From assembly GCF_009914755.1 (NCBI RefSeq), contig NC_060927.1: a stretch of 64,000 nt of DNA; one strand, written 5' to 3'. The notes beneath the pieces were generated by a model that ran no database searches, was not told the DNA's origin, and worked only from the letters and a program-made list of their open reading frames with translations. The translations under genes were made by a program, and so were the position numbers. Shown here piece after piece: positions 28,237 through 41,136 of the stretch (position 1 is its first letter; each line of letters starts with the position of its first letter). The stretch is from the human T2T-CHM13v2.0 reference genome, Homo sapiens.

Positions 28237-28368
28237 TAGAGTGACTATACATCTCTGCTTTCCAGGAAAGGTCTCGGTGTATATCTGGTACTCCAGCATA
28301 ATTATCGGTAGCAATCCTTCCACTCTCGAAATTTCACAGTTTGAACCATCAACTATACAGTCACCCTA
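28237..28368. mobile_element. MER94-like hAT-Blackjack MITE
   Basis: Imperfect TIRs tagagtgactata ... tatacagtcacccta, 132 bp; internal ccagcataattatc ... ccactctcgaaa resembles MER94. Confidence 0.75.
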
Positions 28369-29194
28369 AGGATAGAAATTATTCACGATAGGTTGGCAAT
28401 TTTACAATTGAATAAATTTGGTCTCATTTCTCATTCACGACCTGTTGTTTGTAATATAGACCCCTTTGCTAAGGGATCATACTCTCTTCATGCCTCGGTA
28501 CAATGAATTTGATCCAGGTCAGAATAAACTCAGCTGTAATTGCATTCTTGAAAACCTCTCATATGGCAGAGTAAGTGAATAAGGAACCCATACCAAAACA
28601 ACAGCCCAAGTGTATTTGGCATTCTGATTTCACTGTCATGCATTTACCTTCCTTTTTCTTTAACAAAGCACCTGACATTCAAGGTTTGTTTCATCCTGTC
28701 CTATGAGAAGGAAGGGGAAGCGGTGGTTACAAACAGCCTCATTGCTAGGAATAGGCATTTTTTAAATCCCTGTAACCTTAATAGTAATTTAGAGGCCATG
28801 ACTGTGTAATCACCAGAAATTAGCCTTCATTTCCATTTCACCGAAAGCATTTGTGACAGACATTTTTTACCTGTAAAGCAATATATACAAACTCGTATTA
28901 ATTCCCAACCACAGAATTAATCCTCACTAGAAGCTGCATTCAAAACATCTTTTCTTTTAACCTATTACTTCTGCAAAAATTTAACACATCATAAAATGAG
29001 ATGATAATATCAAAAATCTCCTGAAGAGGATAAAGGGCAACAAATACTTTTATTTATTATTGGTGACACTCTTATTTATAGTTGGTGACAAAATTAATAT
29101 TCGGAAATTACCTGGCCAAAGCTATTACTTTTAAAATATGTATTATCTTTGACAAGCCAATCCTACTTTTGTAATCTGTATAATTTTTAGGAAA

Positions 29195-29420
29195 GCAGTA
29201 TCTTGGTTCAGACTGATGGAATTTCAATCTTGGCTTAGCTTCTCGGCAGACCTGTGACACTGGGCAAGTTACTTACGCTTCCCTCAGTTGTATTCCACTG
29301 AATGTGGATAATATCTATATCTAATGAATAGGACTATTGGGAAAATTAAATGAGTTAGTGGATTTAAAGTGTTTAGAAAAGTTCTGCACTAAAAGCAATC
29401 AATAACAGCTATTATTATTA
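29195..29420 (+). mobile_element. MIR SINE
   Basis: ctgtgacactgggcaagttactta ... cctcagtt ... aaattaaatgagtta ... aatcaataacagctatt. Confidence 0.8.
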
Positions 29421-29718
29421 TGCTTTAGAAATAAAAGCACCAGCACACAAGGATAATACTGAAAGTGTATTATATTGTTTCTCAATTTAAAAAATGAAAA
29501 CAACTGGCTATCCATCAATATTAGAATAATTAAGTATGATGTGAAGTCCATACTGTGGAATATTGTGTATCTCAAAATTTAAAAAATATATTAGATATGT
29601 GTCTATTCTTCTTGCTGGATTTTTTTAATATGAGAAGCAAACTGTACAGTTATTTACTTAGTATCATCATACTTTAAATTAAAAAAGAAAACAGAATAAT
29701 GACCCCCCCCAAAAAAAC

Positions 29719-29736
29719 TACACACACACACACACA

Positions 29737-29771
<35 letters not shown>

Positions 29772-29776
29772 TCACA
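29719..29776. repeat. Compound microsatellite (CA)n(CT)n(CA)n
   Basis: Read directly. Confidence 0.95.
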
Positions 29777-29784
29777 TATTCCTT

Positions 29785-30125
29785 CATAATTTTTTAGCAT
29801 TTACTGTCAGGCACTGTTATAGCATTGGGTTGCAGCAGTAAACAAAACAGACACAAATATTGACCCTCACAAAATATATTCTAAGGTGTGAGGACTCTCT
29901 CACACACAAATAAATGAATAAATAAAATATATATTATATCTGGTGCTAAGTGTTACAGGAAAAAAATAAAGCAATGTAGTCACACGCCTGGGATTTCCAA
30001 TGAGGCAACGATGGTTAAGGGAATACTAGCTTCACACAGGGTGGTGAAGAAAAGTCTCTCTGGGGAAATAAAAAAAGAAGACGTTTGGGCATAATCCTGA
30101 AAGATATGAAGAGGTGAAGTATATT
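29785..30125 (-). mobile_element. L2 LINE fragment
   Basis: caggcactgttatagcattggg ... aacaaaacagacacaaat ... ccctcac ... gtgctaagtgttacagg ... cagggtggtgaagaaaagtctctctg. Confidence 0.7.
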
Positions 30126-30578
30126 TACATGTTTTCTGAACATGTGCATATGTTTGTATATTTTGTGTGAATATGGAAGGAAAATATATGCGAATATACC
30201 AAGTTGTTGAATGTATTACATTTAATTACTTCAGGGAGGCTACATGTTGGGGATGTAAAGCTGGAAGAGGTTTTAAGTGTCTTCTTTATACATTTTTATT
30301 TGTACATATGTTACTTTGGATATTAAAATAATTGATTAAGAGGATTAGAGCTAATAAATAAAAGAGTAAGTGGAGGATGGAAATGAGCCCACGAATCAGA
30401 AGAATTAATTTCCAGTCACAGCACATAGCAGGTACTAAATAAATGTCAGTCTAAGTAAAATTTGACTGTATTCTTTCACCATTTAAGTATTCTGCAGATA
30501 AGGGCATCTGAGCCCTGCAGAGGTACAACTATTGGTTAAGGACACACAAATACTAATTGCTGAAACTATGTACCCCAT

Positions 30579-31252
30579 ATGACTGTCCTCCTTTATCTGT
30601 GGTTTCACTTTCCATGATTTCTGTTACTCTCAGCTGCAGTTCGAAAATATTAAATGGAAAATTCTAGAAATAAGCAATTCATAAGTTTCAAATTGCACTG
30701 CATTCTGAGTATGGTGATAAAATCTCAGATCAATCTTGTTCTGTCCTGCCTGGGACATAAATTATCCCTTTGTCCTGCTCATCCCTGCATTAGTCACTTA
30801 GTAGCCATCTCGGTTATCAGATCAACTAACATGGTATCACAGTGCTTATGTCAAGGAACCTTTTTTTTTTTTTACTTAATAATGGCCCCAAGGCACATAA
30901 GTAGTGATGCTAGCAATTTGAACATGCCGAAGAGAAGCCATAAAGTGTTTCCTTAACATGAAAAGGTGAAAGTTCTTTACTTAATAAGAGAAGAAAAATT
31001 GTATGCTGAGGTTGCTAAGGTCTATGGTAAGAAAAAATCTTCTATCCGTGAACTTGTGAAGAAGGATAAAAGAAATCCGTGCTGGTTTTGCTGTCACTTT
31101 AAACTGTAAAAGTTATGAAGTGCCACAGTGCATGATAAGTGCTTGGTTAAGATGGAAAAGGCACTAAATTTGTGGATTTGGTATCATCCATGGTTTCAGG
31201 CGTCACTGAGGGTCTTGAAACATTTCTTCCACAGAGAAGGAGGGATGACTAT
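30579..31252 (+). mobile_element. MER44 (Tigger7 deletion derivative) with transposase N-terminal remnant
   Basis: MER44 5' block gaaaatattaaatggaaaattctagaaataagcaattcataag; decayed MAPRHISSDASNLNMPKRSHKVFP* ... YAEVAKVYGKKKSSIRELVKK (CENP-B-type HTH); 3' block ggtttcaggc ... gggtcttgaaac. Confidence 0.88.
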
Positions 31253-34200
31253 ACCCATTTTTGCCAGGGGATTTGCCTTTATAACATCCTCGGTACTTTT
31301 TGTAAAGAAACCTCTTTTTTTTTCAGCCCTGAAAGTTTCAATAAACTGCCTGAGAGTTTATTGAAAGAGTTTGCATAACGGAGGAAGGATTCAAAAGTTC
31401 GGATTTGGGGGAGTAGAATTGAAGAAAGAGCTGCATTGCTGAGAGTGAAGGCAGTGCACCTGCTGTGTCCTACATACACTACCATTGATTAGTTTAAATT
31501 TCTCTTTGTTTATTTCCCACACCCTACCTTCCAATGGAGATGCCATTAAATAGGAAAATGATCAAAAGCTAGACATGTGAAGGGAGAAGATACAGAATGA
31601 GGACACCTCAGCAGCATTAGTCTCTGAGTAACGGAGAAGTAGCTTTGGAACCTGACAGGGGAATGGCAGGAGAGTTCACCATGGGTATGTTGGAAAGGGA
31701 TTCTGAAGAATTTTCCAGAGTCAGCAGCATATTCACATATGTACCCATACATTCTGAGCTCTCACATTACGTGTAATTATATTCCTTGTCAACTCAATAC
31801 AGTAAGAGCTCATCAGCCTGGACTAAACAGACTCTTCCCAATAATTATAAGAATACTCCACTGGAAACTACAGAATGGATGGCGGTGATGAACTAATTAA
31901 ATGAATAGAAGCATAGCCCTAGAAACTGTTGTCTGTTTATCTGGAATGCAGCTGAAATGTGAAAGATTCTTTTGCTATCCAGTATCATTCCCTTCAAACT
32001 AGCTGGCTCACACGTAATGTGAATAAATACATTTGGAAGTCTGGAAATCTTCAACGAAGTTCAAGGAAATATTCAACTAGAAACCAAACAAAAGTATATC
32101 TCATTGCTTCTCAGGGACAAATATCAACTAACTCCTTATTTCAATGTATTAATATCCCCAACATGTGGATATATATCATCCTCTTTCAGTGAACAAAGTG
32201 TGTAAAATAGCACTTAGAATGTCAGAGGAAAGTTTAGTTAACCCTTCAAATATTGTGTCATGCTTCTTCATCAGCTCCACAGTTTGGTTAAAAGGTTCAC
32301 CGCTTCACCGTATGTACAGGCAGTGGAAGGAGACACCAACTCTAGGTGTTTAAGCAGAAAGTTCCACTTCTTATAAAATGATTCCATGACTTCTCTGACG
32401 TTTCCACCACTAGGGTAGTCAACACAAAGGGAATCTTTAAAATCCACACATCACTCCACGAATACCTGATCATCATTGATGTGGAATTAGTTTATCATGG
32501 CAGCCAGCGGAGAGCAAAGTTCTAAAGTACATACTATGAAAGAGTTGGGTTGAGGAAAAAGACAATGAGATAGATTCAGAGCATGGGATCTTGCCATTCA
32601 ACCCTAACTTACATGAGCCCTAAGGGACCTCATATGGTCAGTAGTGCAAAGAGAAACTGAAGGCAGCAAGAGAAGTCACAAGTAGAGACAGAAGAACTGA
32701 GGAAAGGCAAGCCAACCTCATTTACTTTATACTGTCAGCTAGGGAGAAAACTGAGTCTAATGATGGGTCGTTAAATAAATCTCCTTTGAAGTTTTGTGCT
32801 CTAATGTGGAAATAGTCTCTGTTAGATACACAGTAATAGTTCTTTTACCTAGTCTCTCCAGAGAATGTGATGTACCTCAAAGTAAAACATTCAAATAACT
32901 GAAAGTTATCTCGTTAATCTTAAAAAACATGCTTTTGTTTAAAGTTTTTCTTGTAACTAATTATAAAATATATCAATCACTTTCTTTAATTCATATGTAT
33001 TTCACTTCAACAAGCACTTGCTGCATTGTATAATAATGACTTTTTTGGGGTGTCTTGCATATTTATATAGGGTTATTTGCCTCAATGTGAAAAGGCTCAA
33101 ACACTTGTCCAAAGTTTATAGCTGTATAGTTTGTTCCCTGTGTCATTGGTTGTCTGAACAAAGAGATGTTTGCTTCTTTTTCTAAAATGTAGAATTTCAT
33201 ACCTAACTTCGTTAAGATTCTAAATACAGGTCAGCTTCCTCTACAACTCATTCAGCTGGGCTCTGTACCCTTAGAGTTTTCTCATTTGTTCTTGTGTTCA
33301 AAGACATGTTCTGGGTGGAAGTGATTAGCTAGGATCTGACCTCTGGATAATCAGGGTGGTATGCTTAAACAAAGACATTAGGTTCATGAGACAGAGATAC
33401 AGCTGCAGGCAAACCAAGAGGAAATGAGGGTTAATAATACTGCATGCCTAGAAATATGACGAAGTTATAAAAAGGGTTAGGTGACCTAACTGGGAAAATT
33501 TAGACAAAGATAAATTTTATTCGTCTACTCTTTTAGTGAATTACTCAAAATGATCAATTAACTCTGGCTAGTTCTGCACAAGAGTTATAGTTGGAACCAT
33601 ATAATTATAGTACTTGATAATATTTAATTTAGAACTTTATTATAAACTGCCTTGGTATTGTTATTTAATTACTTCGTATGCAAAAGTTATGTTTTTTAAA
33701 AGGACCATGCACTTCTTGAAGACAGAGATCCTGTCTTCCCACCTAATTTGGGTTCCTCTACATCCTCCTACCCAGATAATCCAGTACGTGCAGAGTACAC
33801 TCCATAATTCTGTACCGAATTGAAATGTTACATATGAATCTTCAAAATTAGGATAGTACAAACCTCTTTCCAGAACTATCTAGGCCAGTGACAATACAAA
33901 AAAATGGAGAGAAGAGGCAAAGAGTATAGGGATATTATATAATAAAATCAAACAATTCATTTTCCATCCCATATTTTAATATAATGAAATGCATTGATTT
34001 TATAATTTCCACTGAAAGTTTACATATATGAGCACGTTGACACAAACACTGGACTATAAATTATTAACCTACTTCAGGAAATAGTCGTTTGTATGTGTTA
34101 ACTTAATGATTCAATTAAAATAAAGTTCATAAAAATCATTGTAGGAGAGCTTCTAAGATTTCCCAATTGCCTTTCCATTCAATGGTTTTGTAAAAAATTT

Positions 34201-35074
34201 TATTCTGAACTTGACAGCTATGAGCATTACTAATAGAGTTTGACTGAAGACAGTATTATCAGGATCTGCTAAAACCCTTCCCACATTTTCCTTTTCACCC
34301 TTGAAGCTGGAGTCACTTAATGCCAACATGGACTTTTAATTCTGATCAGGGGATATTTAAAAAGCTGTTAGCTAATAGAATAGTTGGTCTTGCTTAACCC
34401 TCATACCCAGATCTGACTTTAACTGATTGTCCTGTCTTTTCCAGTGTTCCAGCCATATACCCTCGGTTCTTTCCAAGACATCGCTGAATCAAAATCCAAA
34501 GCAGGTATTCCCAAGGTCAGACACTTCTATGCAAACTCCACACCTTATTGATGCTACCTGCCTCTTCATGTGTACTGCTATTTATAACCACCTTGTTACA
34601 AACACCTTACTTAGTTCAGGCCTTGTCATTTCAGCCTTCACTGTCTCTACTGCTATTGGAGACATGGCTCTGGCAATTACCAAAACATTGTTGTGAGTTA
34701 GTCTTTGTTGAATTTGCAGAATCATAGTCCCAGTGGCTTTCCCTTGGCAATGAAGAAGCTTAAATATTTCCTCATAGCTAGAATCACACAATTATAAAAT
34801 TTTACAGCTCACAGAGATGAAGGAGATCCTTCAAGTTTAAAGCTGACTTGGGCATTGCATGCAAATGCAATGTTTTATGGTAGGTTGCCTTATAATCTGC
34901 CAGAGGAAAGACTAAACATATATCTACTACCTATGCATACTCAAAAGGAAGTAATAGGACCAGGATAGACACTGGGGTATCATCAATGGTTTTGTACTTC
35001 CAGAGGGAAATACAGAGAAAGTAATCAAAGACTTTAAAACTACATAAAAAGCTCTCTGTCTCTCTCTCTGGGTG

Positions 35075-35080
<6 letters not shown>

Positions 35081-35114
<34 letters not shown>
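35081..35114. repeat. (TG)17 microsatellite
   Basis: Read directly. Confidence 0.95.
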
Positions 35115-35115
<1 letters not shown>

Positions 35116-35535
35116 ATGTGTGTTATATTTTCTTGAGGAAGAGGGAATTTAGAAGACTGAGATGAACACAACATGTATATCAAATGGCATGACTGATTCT
35201 CCAACATTCCATTATAGATGCTGTTTGTTTATTACATAATAATACATAACTGGCTTCAACAGTGATTCAAATAAGTAGCTCATTGTATTAGCTATTGATT
35301 CTATAAAATAAAATCGATGACATAACATTAACTTGTTCTTTACCATATATATATATTTGTTTTTCACATTTATATGTGCATAAATATTCTGAGTTTTAAG
35401 ATTTGAGTAATATCTGCAGTAAGGAAAAAAACAGCAAGCCAATTTATACAGTCTGCTTCACATTTTCAAGATAATTCTTTTCTTAAAAAAATAAGCATGC
35501 CTGCTGATTGGGAATTACTGTATAAAAATGTCTTA

Positions 35536-36985
35536 TTTATTTGACAAAAGTGCAAAGAACATACATTGGGAAAAAGACAATCTCTTCAATAAATGGTCCT
35601 GAGAAAACTGGATATCCATATATAGAAGAATGAGACTTGACACCTGTCTCTCACCATATACAAAAATCAAAATCAGATGGGTTAAAGATTTAAATGTGAG
35701 ACCTGAAACTATGAAATTACTAAAGAAAACATTGGATAAACTCTCCACAACATTGGCTTGGGCAAAAATTTCTTGAGTAATACTCCAAAAGCACAGGCAA
35801 CTAAAGCAAAAATAGGCAAATGGATCACATCAAGTGCAAAGGCTTCTGCATAGCAAAGGAAACAATCCACAAAATGAAGAGAAAACCCACAGAATGGAAG
35901 AAAATATTTGCGAACTATCCATCTGATAAGGGATTATAACCAGAATATACAAGGAGCTCAAATAACTCTACAGGAAAAAATCTAATAATAATGGGCAAAA
36001 GATCTGAATGGACATTTCCCAAAGAAAACATACAAATGGCAGACAAGTATATAAAAAGGTGTTCAACATCATTAATCATAAGGAAAAATGCAAATCAAAA
36101 CTACAATGAGATATCATTTCATTCCAGTTAAAATGGCTTTTATCCAAAACACAGGCAATAGCAAATTCTGGCAAGGATATGGAGAAAGGGGAGCCATGAT
36201 AGACTGTTGGTGAGAATGTAAATTAGTACAGCCACTATGGAGAATAGTTCAGAGGTTCCTCAAAAAACTAAAAATAGAATTACCATATGATCAAGCAATC
36301 CCACTGCTAGCTATATACCCAAAACAAAGGAAATCAGTGTTTCATAGAAGAGATAACTGCATTTCAATGTTTATTACAGCGCTATTCACAATAGTCAAGA
36401 TTTGCAAGCAATCTAAGTGTCCATCAACAGACAAGTAGATAAAGAAGATGTACATATTATATACAATGGAGTACTATGCAGCCATAAAAAAGAAATCCTG
36501 TCTCTGTAACAACATGGATGGAACTGAAAGACATTGTTAAGTGAAGTAAGCCAGGCACAGAAAGAAAAACTTCACATGTTCTCACTCATTTGTGGGAATT
36601 AAAAATTAAAACAATTGAACTCACGGAGATAGAGAATAGAATGATGGTTACCAGAGGTTTGGAAGAATGGAGGTGGTGGGAGTGGGTGGTGGGAAATGGG
36701 GAAGGCTAATAGGTACAAAATATAGTTATATACAATGAATAAGACCTAGTATTTGATAGCACAACAGGGTAACTAGTTAGCAGTAATCTGTTGTACATTT
36801 TAGAATAACTGAGAGAGTACAATTGGAATGTTTGTGACACAAAGAAATGATGAATGCTTAAGGTGATAGAAAACACATTTTTCTCTGTTGTGATTAGTAA
36901 CATCATATGCCTGTAAAAAATATCTAATATACCCCATTAATATATACACCTACTATGTATCCATAATCATTTTTTAATTAAAAAG
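35536..36985 (+). mobile_element. 5'-truncated L1 (L1MA2/3-like)
   Basis: ORF2 3' part from tttgacaaaagtgc; L1MA-type 3' UTR (aatgaataagacctagtatttgatagcacaacagggt ... atatatacacctactatgta). Confidence 0.9.
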
Positions 36986-36998
36986 AAATCTCACTTAA

Positions 36999-37326
<328 letters not shown>

Positions 37327-39802
37327 TAGGAAGTCAGTTGCTTATGATGATAGACCTAATCAACACTTAGGTCCTTATTTTACCTTATAGCAAGATCATT
37401 GAATTGCCAAACAAGATTACCAGGTACGACTACCCCAGTATTACTTTTTAGAGTCAATGTGAAAAAACTATAATTTTATAATGAGTGAAAACCAGAATTC
37501 ACTCATTTAATTAATATCTATGTAATTAAATGAAAACGCTGTTTTATTAAAAAGTAATTATTTCTAACATTTGCCCTGAAAAGTAAATGACCAGAATTTT
37601 CTTTGAGAAATAGGAATCTTTTGTGAAATTGTTGAAGACTCCCAAAGTCTCCTCAAGTTTAAAAAAGGCAATGCAGAATCTTGCTGAGGTTATTCCAAAG
37701 CATGTACAGATGACATCTGTAGGTTTAAACGCTAATTAAATAATATAATTTAAAACCTCGCACATGGTAACTAAATTATTCCCAGAATACTAGGTATAGA
37801 GGATTGCAAAATATTATCTACCCAGTACATTTTAAGACAATAAAAAAAGTTCAAATACAGAGTACACTCCTCAAAGAGATGATCTAACATGCAAATTGAA
37901 AAGTTTATTTTGAGACACATTTTATATATATGCTGCATAGGTTTTAGGTAAGGTTTACAACCATTGAGCCCAATTATCTTGTTCCAAAGCTAATATAAGT
38001 AAATAATAAATAAACCCTAAAAGGAAGAGTCTAAAAAGAATTTACATCAGTTCACTCTTCATTGAAAGCAACAGAAAATCTTCCCTGGGGCTTACATAAG
38101 GAAAACAATAAAACTGACTTGTTTTCGCAAACAAAGTAAAACACAGAATTAAAAAAAAAAAAAAAGAGGTTGAACACCTAGGTCTTAGGAAAGTAAAACA
38201 CCAGGAAACTTTAGGAAACTTGGAGGCAGAAACTCATGAAGAATCTCTTTGGGTTTCCTCCTTATGATACATGAGTTCCAATTACTTTCTATCCTTGCAT
38301 GAGAGTGCTTTGTATTCAAACTGCTGGGAAAGTATGTTTAGTCTAACCGCCTTAATCTAGATAGAGAATGCTTCATGGTTGACAGGCAGAATGTCACCAG
38401 GTAGAACATAGCAGTGTCTGTTCCCCAAAGAAAAAGCTAATTGCTTTTACTGGAAGGAGGGAAAAGAATTCTAGCAGGCCAAAAACACCAGAGCCCTCTT
38501 AGAAAGGCAACACAAGAATTTATTCTTCATTTTTTCCTCAATGGAGGTGTTTGCTGGACTTCAGTAGTGAGCAATATAGTAATATACAGTATATAGTAAT
38601 ATAGTTTGAGGATATATGGATATAGGGGAGTTGCTGGATGACAATAGTCTAGATGCCTTGGGAACACTGCATCTGAGGTTAGTGACCTCAGATGCGAATG
38701 CATACAAAAAGGAATGACCTAGAAGCATAAACCCCTCCCCACACTTGGACGGAAGAAAAGCTTTGTTATGCAAAGTTACATCTGATAGCAATTTTTTAAA
38801 ACAATGAAAATCTGTTAAATATACTCATTACTAGAGTTTAATAATAAAATCCACCGATCGAAATGCTTTTTTCACTTTAATATGACTGATTTACTAGATG
38901 AAAGACATTCTATCTCTTTATGCATACTTGTTTCTACACAGAAATGCTGACTGAATCATTTGTACCATAAAGTACAAAAATGTGAGTCACTCAAATATCA
39001 TATCTTAATGAAAGATACTACTGGTTTTAATAACATTTTTAAAATGGTAATATGTACAAATAGAAAGCTAAAAATTGTTAATAGAACAAACATGTATTTG
39101 GTAATTATTCTCCATCAAAAAGTGTTTTTGTAATAATATAGAGTACAAAGAAATAGTTATTTGCAGTTATAAACTTTGGATTGCATTTAAATGTGGGCCT
39201 ATTTGCCTTTGATATCTTCACCACGTATAAAATCTGTGGGTTATTTTTGTCATACTAAACTACACTAAACCTAGTTTCTACGAAAGAAAAGTTTTCTTGA
39301 TTTGACCTTTCTATATGTGGTTACTATAAAATATTATGTTTAAAATTATTTATTAAACTTATTGAGAACAGAGTTTATGATACATACTACTTTTTGGTTG
39401 AGTCTTTTCTAAGATAAAATACATTTGTACTATGTGTATAATATATTTTTAATTAATCAGTCCATCAATCAATAAGGAAATATTTTCCCTTGAGTTAGCA
39501 GGTAGTGAAAAAATATAAGTTTTGTATGTGATACCAACTCAAAAAGTGTTCAAATAAGATCAAGATGCTGAAACTTTTCAAATGATGATGATAAAAAAAT
39601 GCATAGGCTTGGCCTCTCTCCAACAAAGCAGTATGGAATCATATCCAGACCAACCATAGACATCTTGGTAAAACCGACTGGATGTCAGAAGCGTAGCTGG
39701 TTCCAATGTGTAAATGTTGCATAGCCTATGCATTAAGTAGCTTTTTAGGAAACTTGACTCATATTACCCTGGACAACAACCTGCAGTTTAATTGGAGTAA
39801 AC

Positions 39803-39922
39803 TTTTTATTTTTATTTTATTTTTAAGTTCAGGGGTACATGTGCAGGTTGTACAGGTTTGTTACATAGGTAAGCATGTGCCATGGTGGTAAACATATGTC
39901 ATGGTGGTTTGCTACACAGATC
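39803..39922 (-). mobile_element. 3' tail of older L1PA (non-inverted part of a 5'-inverted insertion)
   Basis: T-rich tail then antisense L1PA 3' UTR: aagttcaggggtacatgtgcaggtt ... ccatggtggtttgctacacagatc; internal 19-nt tandem duplication. Confidence 0.85.
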
Positions 39923-40235
39923 TTTGACAAACCTGTCAAAACTAAGCAATGGAGAAAGGAGTCTGTATTTAATAAATGGTGCTAATAGAACTGCACCATT
40001 TTCTAGCCATATGCAGAAAATTGAAACTGGGCCCCTTCCTTATACCATATTCAAAAATAACTCAAGATGGATTAAAGACTAAAATGTGAAACTCAAAACT
40101 ATAAAAATCCTATAAGAAAATCTAGGCAATACCAGTCAAGACATAGGCACAGGCAAATGTTTCGTGATGAAGATGCCAAAAGCAATTGCAACAAAAGCAA
40201 AAATTGACAAATGGGATCTAATTAAAGAACTTCTG
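39919..40235 (+). mobile_element. Older L1PA ORF2 fragment, left part (host of the L1HS insertion)
   Basis: Homologous to L1HS 44961-45275 (gatctttgacaaacctg ... aaaattgacaaatgggatctaatt). Confidence 0.9.
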
Positions 40236-41136
40236 GAGGAGCCAAGATGGACGAATAGGAACAGCTCCGGTCTACAGCTCCCAGCGTGAGCGACGCAGAA
40301 GACGGTGATTTCTGCATTTCCATCTGAGGTACTGGGTTCATCTCACTAGGGAGTGCCAGACAGTGGGCGCAGGCCAGTGTGTGTGCGCACCGTGCGCGAG
40401 CCGAAGCAGGGCGAGGCATTGCCTCAACTGGGAAGCGCAAGGGGTCAGGGAGTTCCCTTTCCGAGTCAAAGAAAGGGGTGACGGACGCACCTGGAAAATC
40501 GGGTCACTCCCACCCGAATATTGCGCTTTTCAGACCGGATTAAGAAACGGCGCACCACGAGACTATATCCCACACCTGGCTCGGAGGGTCCTACGCCCAC
40601 GGAATCTCGCTGATTGCTAGCACAGCAGTCTGAGATCAAACTGCAAGGCGGCAACGAGGCTGGGGGAGGGGCGCCCGCCATTGCCCAGGCTTGCTTAGGT
40701 AAACAAAGCAGCCGGGAAGCTCGAACTGGGTGGAGCCCACCACAGCTCAAGGAGGCCTGCCTGCCTCTGTAGGCTCCACCTCTGGGGGCAGGGCACAGAC
40801 AAACAAAAAGACAGCAGTAACCTCTGCAGACTTAAGTGTCCCTGTCTGACAGCTTTGAAGAGAGCAGTGGTTCTCCCAGCACGCAGCTGGAGATCTGAGA
40901 ACGGGCAGACTGCCTCCTCAAGTGGGTCCCTGACTCCTGACCCCCGAGCAGCCTAACTGGGAGGCACCCCCCAGCAGGGGCACACTGACACCTCACACGG
41001 CAGGGTATTCCAACAGACCTGCAGCTGAGGGTCCTGTCTGTTAGAAGGAAAACTAACAACCAGAAAGGACATCTACACCGAAAACCCATCTGTACATCAC
41101 CATCATCAAAGACCAAAAGTAGATAAAACCACAAAG
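40236..41136 (+). promoter_or_regulatory. L1 5' UTR: internal sense promoter, antisense promoter, CpG island
   Basis: Only extended CpG-dense stretch of the window (about 40250-40720); position upstream of ORF1; known function of this region in L1HS. Confidence 0.9.
40466..40681 (-). CDS. ORF0: LINE-1 ORF0 (71 aa, antisense)
   Basis: MAGAPPPASLPPCSLISDCCASNQRDSVGVGPSEPGVGYSLVVRR...RHPFL; ATG at 40679-40681, 216 nt, uninterrupted. Confidence 0.88.
   Translation of the reverse strand: MAGAPPPASLPPCSLISDCCASNQRDSVGVGPSEPGVGYSLVVRRFLIRSEKRNIRVGVTRFSRCVRHPFL

Noticed and set aside
28195-28365. Open minus-strand frame GDCIVDGSNCEISRVEG... after a ttag acceptor
   Set aside because: Coincides with a MER94-like MITE and no donor follows
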